DNA of 12,920 nucleotides from Nitrospinota bacterium (GTDB lineage: Bacteria > UBA8248). Shown one piece after another: positions 6,717-12,920 of the stretch. How positions within the stretch are numbered: position 1 is the stretch's first letter; each line of letters opens with the position of its first letter. The DNA is taken from contig JASLZZ010000049.1 of assembly GCA_030754595.1 (NCBI GenBank), positions 1-12,920 of the forward strand, given 5' to 3'. The notes below the pieces were generated by a model. That model had not been told where the DNA came from. It ran no database searches and saw only the letters and a list, made by a program, of their open reading frames with translations. The translations under genes and the position numbers were made by a program.

Positions 6717-8305
6717 TGAGCGGCGGAATCCCTCTCCCGGAGACGTTCCATCCTGGCCGGGGCATTAACTGGGCGGGAAGGCGTTTCGGGGGGCGTTGCG
6801 CCGTCGTGGACGGATCGCGGCGGTTCAGCTTCCTCGACGTACAGCGGCGCAGCAACCGGATTGCCAACGCCCTCCTCGCCCACGGCCTCTCGGCCGAAAG
6901 CCGCGTCGCCAAGCTGATGAACAACCGCGCCGAGATCATCGAGATCGGCTTCGGCGCCGACAAGGCGGGGGGCGCTTCGATCAACCTCCACGCGAGGAAC
7001 TCGGCGGACGAGCACGTCCACATGCTCGAGGACTCCGAGGCCGAATTCCTCTTCGTGGACGAGGACCACCGCGGGCAGGTCCCCGCCCTCCGTGACGCGT
7101 GCGGCCGCCTGCGCTGCATCGTCGGCGTGGGATGGGAGGAGGAGGGCGTCGAGCCCTACGAGCGCTGGATCGAGAGGGCATCGGACGCGGACCCGGGGAT
7201 TGAGGTGACCCTAGACGGCCTCTTCCACCTCCACTACACCTCGGGCACCACGGGCCGGCCGAAGGCGGCGGTGAACACCCACAGCACCCACCGCGCCTGG
7301 ATGGCGAACTTTTTCATGAACATGGACAACCGCTACGGGGTCGAGGACGCCATGGTCCACGCCGGACCCATGACCCACGCCTCCTATAACTTTACCGAGA
7401 TTACCTTCCTGCGCGGCGCCCGCAACATCATCCTTAACCGCTTCGACCCGGAACTGTTTCTCGATACGGTCGAGCGCGAGCGGGGGACCACCACCTATCT
7501 GGTCTCGACCATGATTCTCATGCTCCTCGAATGCGGGCGCCTGGAGCGCGCCGGCCTTTCGAGCCTCCGCACCATTAACTACGGAGCGGCTCCGATTTCC
7601 GAGGAAAACTTGAGGCGCGCGATCGAGGCTTTCGGGCCCATCTTCCGGCAGGTCTATGGCCTCACGGAGGCGAGACAGCCGATCACCATCCTGCAACCTT
7701 GGGAGCACATCCCGAATGGCGCTCTCCAGGAACGGCGGCGCCTGGCCTCGTGCGGCAGGCCCGCCCTTGGCGTCACCTTCGCCCTGCTCGACGAGGAGGA
7801 CCGGCCCGTCTCCCGAGGAGGTGTCGGGGAAATCTGCGTCCGGGGCGACTACGCCATGACGGGCTACTGGAAGGACCCCGAGGCCACCGCAGGGACCATG
7901 CGCGGGGGATGGGTGCACACCGGCGACCTCGCGACCGAGGACGAGGACGGGTTTATCTACATCGTGGACCGCAAGAAGGACATGATCATCTCGGGCGGAT
8001 ACAACATCTATCCCGCCGAGATCGAACGCGTCCTCTGCCTCCACCCCGGCGTCGCCGAGGCGATGGTCATCGGCGTGCCGGACGATCGGTGGGGGGAGGC
8101 GGTGAAGGCCCTCATCGTCATGCGGCCCGGTGAGCGGGCCGACGCGGCGGAGTTCGTCCGGTTCACCCGGGACCGGATCGCCAGCTACAAGAAGCCCAAA
8201 TACGTAGAGGTCGTGGACGAGTTGCCCAAGAACATGCGGGGGAAAATTCTCCGGCGTGAAATCCGGGACCGGCACTGGCAGGGCAAGTCGAGAAGGGTGA
8301 ACTAG
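6716..8305 (+). CDS. Acyl-CoA synthetase / AMP-binding ligase (529 aa)
   Basis: YTSGTTGRPK, YGLTE, GEICVRG, GWVHTGDL, DRKKDMIISGGYNIYPAEIE, PKNMRGKILRR. TAATG stop/start overlap with the crotonase at 6714-6718. Confidence 0.95.
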   Translation: MSGGIPLPETFHPGRGINWAGRRFGGRCAVVDGSRRFSFLDVQRRSNRIANALLAHGLSAESRVAKLMNNRAEIIEIGFGADKAGGASINLHARNSADEHVHMLEDSEAEFLFVDEDHRGQVPALRDACGRLRCIVGVGWEEEGVEPYERWIERASDADPGIEVTLDGLFHLHYTSGTTGRPKAAVNTHSTHRAWMANFFMNMDNRYGVEDAMVHAGPMTHASYNFTEITFLRGARNIILNRFDPELFLDTVERERGTTTYLVSTMILMLLECGRLERAGLSSLRTINYGAAPISEENLRRAIEAFGPIFRQVYGLTEARQPITILQPWEHIPNGALQERRRLASCGRPALGVTFALLDEEDRPVSRGGVGEICVRGDYAMTGYWKDPEATAGTMRGGWVHTGDLATEDEDGFIYIVDRKKDMIISGGYNIYPAEIERVLCLHPGVAEAMVIGVPDDRWGEAVKALIVMRPGERADAAEFVRFTRDRIASYKKPKYVEVVDELPKNMRGKILRREIRDRHWQGKSRRVN

Positions 8306-8430
8306 CCAGCGCGGGAGCGCCTGTTCTTCGTGTATGGCCGTCAACGGCGATCTAAGATGACCGGCCCAACGGGGTGGTTATGGGAAGGATGTCAGGTTAA
8401 GGACGAACGGAATAAATGAGGAACCAAATC

Positions 8431-9429
8431 ATGAAGGCTATCCTAATAAAAGAGTTTGGCGCCCCGGAGAATTTGACCATCGAGGAGTCGCCAACGCCTA
8501 AGCCAGGACCCGATGAAGTTTTGATCGACGTCCACGCCATCGGGGTCAACTTCATCGACCTCCTCGTTATCGCCGGCCAGTACCAGAACCTCCCCGCCCT
8601 GCCCTTCGTCCCCGGCGTGGAAGTCGCCGGCGTCGTGGCCGAGGCGGGCGAGGGGGTGACGACCTGCAAGCCGGGGGACCGGGTGATGGCGCAGCTCCAG
8701 CGCGGCGGGTACGCGGAGCAGGCGATCGCCTCGGAGCAGTACTGCTACCCCCTCCCGGAGGGGATGGACTTCGCCCGGGCGGCCGCCATGGGCATGGTGT
8801 ACCTGACTGCTCACTTCGCCCTCGTCGGACGCGCCCGCCTCGCGGACAGCGAAACCGTCCTCGTCTCCGGGGCGGCCGGGGGGGTCGGGCTGGCGTCCGT
8901 GCAGTTGGCGCGGGCGCTGGGCGCGACCGTCCTCGCCGGGGTGGGAAGCTCGGATAAGGCGGAGGTCGCGAGGGCCAATGGCGCCCACCACATTATCGAT
9001 CTCTCTGGCGAAGACCTGAAGGACTCCCTGCGCGACCAGGTCCGCAAGGCCACCGGCGGCGGGGTCGACATCGTGATCGACCCGGTGGGAGGCGACGTCT
9101 TCGACGCCTCCCTGCGCGCCCTGGCCTCGGGCGGGCGCATCGTGGTCGTCGGGTTCACGTCCGGGCGCATCCCCAACCTCAAGACCAACTACGTCCTTTT
9201 GAAAAACATCTCCGTGACCGGCCTGCACATGAACGACTACTTCCAGCGCGACCCCGCCGGGGTCCGGCGCGTCCAGGAGGAGCTGTTCCGCCTCGCAACC
9301 GATGAGAAGATCGATCCCCAGGTCATGCAGGCCTACCCCATGGAGCGATTCGCCGAGGCGCTAAACGTAATTCGAGACCGGCGAGTGATGGGGAAAATCG
9401 TTCTGACGACGGGACACGAGTCAGTATGA
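8431..9429 (+). CDS. NADPH:quinone oxidoreductase-like, zinc-independent MDR family protein
   Basis: MKAILIKEFGAPENL, GVNFIDLL..GQYQ..PALPFVPGVE, SGAAGGVG, DPVGG, GKIVL. RBS GAGGA before ATG 8431 (alternative start 8416). Confidence 0.92.
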   Translation: MKAILIKEFGAPENLTIEESPTPKPGPDEVLIDVHAIGVNFIDLLVIAGQYQNLPALPFVPGVEVAGVVAEAGEGVTTCKPGDRVMAQLQRGGYAEQAIASEQYCYPLPEGMDFARAAAMGMVYLTAHFALVGRARLADSETVLVSGAAGGVGLASVQLARALGATVLAGVGSSDKAEVARANGAHHIIDLSGEDLKDSLRDQVRKATGGGVDIVIDPVGGDVFDASLRALASGGRIVVVGFTSGRIPNLKTNYVLLKNISVTGLHMNDYFQRDPAGVRRVQEELFRLATDEKIDPQVMQAYPMERFAEALNVIRDRRVMGKIVLTTGHESV

Positions 9430-9619
9430 AAGATTTTGGGAGAACTCTGTCCGCTTGAAAGGCCGCTTTGTGCTGTAATGGCTTCATACAATTAACTTAA
9501 TAAGTAATGTCGGCTAAGACTCGTGTTTTTCAGGATAGACCTTCAACTTGTATCGGTGCCCGGCATCAGGCCGCTTGAGGCTCCATGCTCCGGTCGCTGT
9601 CTGCGCTAGAGGGAACCAC

Positions 9620-10114
9620 ATGCGAAACCTCGAGCGGAACCTTTCATGGATACTCCTCCTCACCCTCACCCTTATGTTGTTGGCGCAGGTAATCGCTCGC
9701 TACATTTTTTTTACCTCGATTAGCTGGATCGAGGAGTTTTCGCGAATTGTCTTCATCTGGTTTATTTACCTGTCGATCAGCTGGATTATCATCCAAGGCC
9801 GCCACATCCGCGTCACCGCCCTCGACTACATCTTGCCACCCTCTTGGAGGTGGTCCTTCGCCCTACTGGCTGACCTCATCTGGCTCGCCTTCAACGTCCT
9901 CATGGCCTGGTTTGGGTTCCTCTTTGTCAGGAGCGAAATCGAGGTTTACTCCGAGACCGCCATCCTCCAGATACCCGATGCGGTCGTCCACGCCATCATC
10001 CCCATCGGCTTCGCCCTGATGGCGGTGCGCCTCACGCAGCACATGGTCCGCGTTTATGTGCGGGGCGGCCCCGAGGTGCTCTACGACACAGAGAAGGTGG
10101 AGGAAGAGCTTTGA
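9620..10114 (+). CDS. dctQ: TRAP transporter small permease
   Basis: QVIARY, WIEEFSR, GRHIRV motifs and four TM segments. ATG 9620 after GAGGG (164 aa). Confidence 0.92.
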   Translation: MRNLERNLSWILLLTLTLMLLAQVIARYIFFTSISWIEEFSRIVFIWFIYLSISWIIIQGRHIRVTALDYILPPSWRWSFALLADLIWLAFNVLMAWFGFLFVRSEIEVYSETAILQIPDAVVHAIIPIGFALMAVRLTQHMVRVYVRGGPEVLYDTEKVEEEL

Positions 10115-11397
10115 ACATGCCACTTCTTCTATTCGGCGGTCTCACGCTATTCCTCATCCTGCGCGTGCCCATCGGCATCTCGCTGGGTATGGCTTCGCTC
10201 ATGGTGTACTGGGTCACCGGGGAGCGTTTCGAGAGCTTCGCGCTTTCCTATTACGACGGGCTCGACAAGTTCCCCTTCATCGCGGTGCCGATGTTCCTCC
10301 TCGCGGGGGCGCTGATGGAGAAGGGGGGCATTAGCCGCCGCCTCATCTCGGTGGCGGACTGCTTTGTGGGAAACGTTCGCGGAGGCCTCGCCCACGTAAC
10401 GATACTCGCCTGTATGCTCTTCTCCGCCATCTCCGGCTCGGGGCCCGCCACCACGGCCGCCGTGGGCGGGATCATGATCCCGACCATGCTCCGCCGGAAC
10501 TACGACCGGAACTACTCAGGCGCGGTGGCGGCCTGCGGAGGCACGCTCGGCATCCTGATCCCGCCGAGCATCGCGCTCATCGTCTACGGAGTGAGCGCGG
10601 ACGAATCGATAACGAGGCTCTTCGTCGCCGGCTTCCTCCCGGGGATCATCCTCGGCACCATGCTGATGTGCTGCGCCACCCTCATGGCCCGTTTCAAGAC
10701 CGAGAACGAACCGGGCGACCCTTTCAGCCTGCGCCGCACGCTCCGCACGATATGGGAATCCCGCTGGGCCCTCCTGGCTCCTGGCGTCATCCTGGGCGGA
10801 ATCTACGGCGGCTTCGTCACGCCGACCGAGAGCGCCGTCATCGCGGTGCTCTACGGCTACGTCATCGGCGCTTTCGTCTACCGGGAGCTGGATTGGAAGA
10901 AGACGCGCGAGTGCCTCGAGATCGCGGCCCTCATCACGGGGACTATCGCCATCATATGGGGGGCTTCGCTCGCCTTCGGCGAGTTGATTACGATTCACCA
11001 AGTTCCGCAGATGGTCACGGGCTTCATCACGAGCTTGACGGAATCGCCCTTCTTCATCCTCGTGCTGATCAGCATCTTCCTCACCTTCGTCGGGATGTGG
11101 CTGAACACCCTGGCGCAGGTCATCATCCTCACACCGCTGTTCCTGCCGGTCATCAAGTCGGTGGGGATAGATCCGGTGCATTTCGGAATCGTCTTCGTCG
11201 TTAATTGCGAGATCGGCTATCTGACGCCGCCCCTCGGGACCAGTCTTTTCGTGGCGTTGGGCATCGCGGACACCACGCTCGGCGCCATCGCCAAGGCCGT
11301 TCTGCCTTTCATAGTGACGATGTTCCTATGTGTGCTCCTGTTGTCGTACTTCCCCAACCTGTCCCTCTTTCTGCCGAACCTTTTTTTCGGCCGGTGA
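10111..11397 (+). CDS. dctM: TRAP transporter large permease
   Basis: AVPMFLLAGALM, FSAISGSGPAT, GILIPPSI, GFVTPTESA, GIDPVHFG, TPPLG. Start overlaps the dctQ stop (TTGA); alternative ATG 10117. Confidence 0.95.
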   Translation: MNMPLLLFGGLTLFLILRVPIGISLGMASLMVYWVTGERFESFALSYYDGLDKFPFIAVPMFLLAGALMEKGGISRRLISVADCFVGNVRGGLAHVTILACMLFSAISGSGPATTAAVGGIMIPTMLRRNYDRNYSGAVAACGGTLGILIPPSIALIVYGVSADESITRLFVAGFLPGIILGTMLMCCATLMARFKTENEPGDPFSLRRTLRTIWESRWALLAPGVILGGIYGGFVTPTESAVIAVLYGYVIGAFVYRELDWKKTRECLEIAALITGTIAIIWGASLAFGELITIHQVPQMVTGFITSLTESPFFILVLISIFLTFVGMWLNTLAQVIILTPLFLPVIKSVGIDPVHFGIVFVVNCEIGYLTPPLGTSLFVALGIADTTLGAIAKAVLPFIVTMFLCVLLLSYFPNLSLFLPNLFFGR

Positions 11398-11420
11398 CGA
11401 GGGCGAGGAGGAGATTTCCC

Positions 11421-12428
11421 ATGAGTACCCTTCGGAAATGCCTGACGCTGGTCATCGTACTTGCAGTTGCCGGCACCCTGTCGGTTTATCCCTCGTCGAA
11501 GGCCGAGGCGGCGAAGAAGGCGAGATTCGCCCACAACATGCCGCCCAAGCCCCAGCTTCTCTACCATGCCGCGGCCCTCACGTTTCAGAACAACCTCAGG
11601 ATCTACACCAAGGGGGAATTGGACATTGATATCTTCCCCTCCTCCCAGCTCGGAAAGGACAAAGTCGCCGCGAAGAAGGTCCAGCTCGGCTCGATCCAGT
11701 TCCAGATCGTCGCCTCGAATAACATCACGGCTTTCGACCGCCGGCTCGACATCTTCACCCTCCCCTTCATGTTCGGCAGCTTCAAGGGAGCGGCCAAGGT
11801 GTTCAACAGCGACATCGGAATGACCATCGGGGAAAACTTCCGGAAAAAGTCCGGCATCCGGGTCCTCGGCTTCATCGCCACCGGCTTCCGCAACATGATG
11901 AACAGCAAGCACCCCATCCTGAAGCCCGCCGATCTCGGCGACCTGCGCATGCGCATCGCCAAGAACCCGATCATGGTCGCAACCTATAAGGCCCTTGGCG
12001 GGAGCACCATCGGCATGTCGCCGACCGAGCTTTTCAGCGCACTGAGCACCAAGACAGTAGACGGCCACGACGGCGGCTCGAGCTGGGCCTGGGCACAGAA
12101 GCTATATGAAGTGCAGAAGTATCTTTCCATCACGCGTCACCAGCTCGTCGCCGGCGCCTTCATCATGAACGACAAGTACTTTCAAAGCCTTTCCAAAAAG
12201 AACCAGCGGGCCGTTCTTCGCGCGGCCACCGACGCCATAAGCTGGGCGAATGCCTACGCCGATGAGAACGAAAAAGAGATCATGAAAGGCTTCGCGCGCA
12301 AGGGCCTCAAGATCGACACCCCCGAAATCGCGCCATTCCGCAAGGCGGTCAAGGTGGTTCACCAAAAGTTCGCGGACAAGGTGGGCGGCATGGACCTCAT
12401 CAACCGCATCCTGGCCATGCAGCAATAG
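11421..12428 (+). CDS. dctP: TRAP transporter substrate-binding protein (335 aa)
   Basis: Signal peptide ending AEA, IFPSSQLG, FTLPFMF, GFRNM, DLGDLRMR, LYEVQKYLS. RBS AGGAGG before ATG 11421. Confidence 0.93.
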   Translation: MSTLRKCLTLVIVLAVAGTLSVYPSSKAEAAKKARFAHNMPPKPQLLYHAAALTFQNNLRIYTKGELDIDIFPSSQLGKDKVAAKKVQLGSIQFQIVASNNITAFDRRLDIFTLPFMFGSFKGAAKVFNSDIGMTIGENFRKKSGIRVLGFIATGFRNMMNSKHPILKPADLGDLRMRIAKNPIMVATYKALGGSTIGMSPTELFSALSTKTVDGHDGGSSWAWAQKLYEVQKYLSITRHQLVAGAFIMNDKYFQSLSKKNQRAVLRAATDAISWANAYADENEKEIMKGFARKGLKIDTPEIAPFRKAVKVVHQKFADKVGGMDLINRILAMQQ

Positions 12429-12443
12429 CCGGGCAAGGGCGAA

Positions 12444-12489
12444 GGGTGGGGAGCCAGCCGGATCCCGCGTGCTGGTCCCGCCCCCACCC
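12444..12489. terminator. GC-rich stem-loop downstream of dctP
   Basis: GGGTGGGG (12444-12451) / CCCCACCC (12482-12489), with inner GCCAGC/GCTGGT. No U-tract, so it may be a stabiliser rather than a terminator. Confidence 0.35.
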
Positions 12490-12621
12490 GGGTGGCACGC
12501 AAGAAGCCAGTGAGTGCCGTCAAAAATAGGAACCAACGGAATCTTTTCGGCGATGTGGCGTTCATCAAGTCGTCCCATCGCGGTACGGCGTGAAAGCTTG
12601 TTGAGATTTATTGCGGAAAAC

Positions 12622-12920
12622 GGCGTTGGTGCATGAATCGGCGTCGGCCCCACGCTAGCATTGGCTATGGCTCCCGATCAATCATGGAGTCCGAGGGGGC
12701 GACGCCATGGCCGCAGGGAAGTCGAGCCGAGTCAATCGCAAGTACAAGACGAAGTACAGAATCCGGAACTGGAGGGAGTACGAGCGTGGCCTCAGGAGCC
12801 GCGGCGATGTCACAATCTGGCTGAGCGAGGAGGCGATCGCCGCGTGGACACCACCGAGGAACGGTCTCCGCGGAGGCCAGCTACGGTACTCGAACCTCGC
12901 GATCTTGACCGCGTTGACGC
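12622..12920 (+). mobile_element. Second copy (isoform) of IS-A, left part, runs off the window
   Basis: Matches 602-900 with 10 substitutions in 299 bp and an identical left IR. Confidence 0.95.
12707..12920 (+). CDS. IS5 family (IS903 group) transposase, 5' partial
   Basis: MAAGKSSRVNRKYKTKYRIRNWREYERG..., open to the window end. R->L and K->R relative to copy 1. Confidence 0.92.
   Translation, partial: MAAGKSSRVNRKYKTKYRIRNWREYERGLRSRGDVTIWLSEEAIAAWTPPRNGLRGGQLRYSNLAILTALT

Noticed and set aside
8431..9429. Call as acuI/yhdH acryloyl-CoA reductase
   Set aside because: It has QOR-type GVNFID...PFVPGVE rather than the AcuI-type LNYKD signature.
11205..11420. N-terminal extension of dctP to 407 aa
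   Set aside because: It overlaps dctM. The RBS and signal peptide indicate a start at 11421.
5823..12068. Long minus-strand ORFs (273, 377, 261, 221 and 283 aa)
   Set aside because: Antisense shadows of high-GC3 genes that are well supported on the + strand.
12429..12621. Possible gene remnant on the minus strand next to IS-A copy 2
   Set aside because: Open frames run antisense into dctP and show no motif I can recognise.
1..12920. CRISPR array, tRNA/rRNA, integron attC sites or riboswitch
   Set aside because: No periodic repeats or recognisable RNA signatures seen by eye. A covariance-model scan was not possible.

Overview
Bacterial accessory region. A ~10 kb catabolic cluster is bracketed by two same-orientation, ~97%-identical copies of an IS5-family (IS903-group) element: IS-A at 602..1714 and a second copy from 12622 running off the window. 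The cluster is (-) GntR/UTRA regulator + TauE/SafE exporter, divergent from (+) M24-fold enzyme, crotonase-fold protein, acyl-CoA synthetase, MDR/quinone oxidoreductase and TRAP dctQ-dctM-dctP. Next to IS-A lies a different IS903-group element (IS-B) whose transposase gene is cut and partly inverted. An inverted 9-bp duplication (AAGCGGATG at 1715-1723 / CATCCGCTT at 1948-1956) fits a Tn10-type deletion-inversion made by the right ends of two different ISs. Three cargo proteins lack canonical family residues: the M24 enzyme has His/Cys for Asp/Asp, the crotonase lacks both Glu, and DctP keeps Arg but loses Phe/Asn. This suggests an uncharacterised pathway; the substrate cannot be read from sequence. 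The left ~600 bp is mostly AT-rich, with a small Cys-rich ORF and an IS-truncated dGTPase-like C-terminus. All alignments were done by eye, with no database searches.
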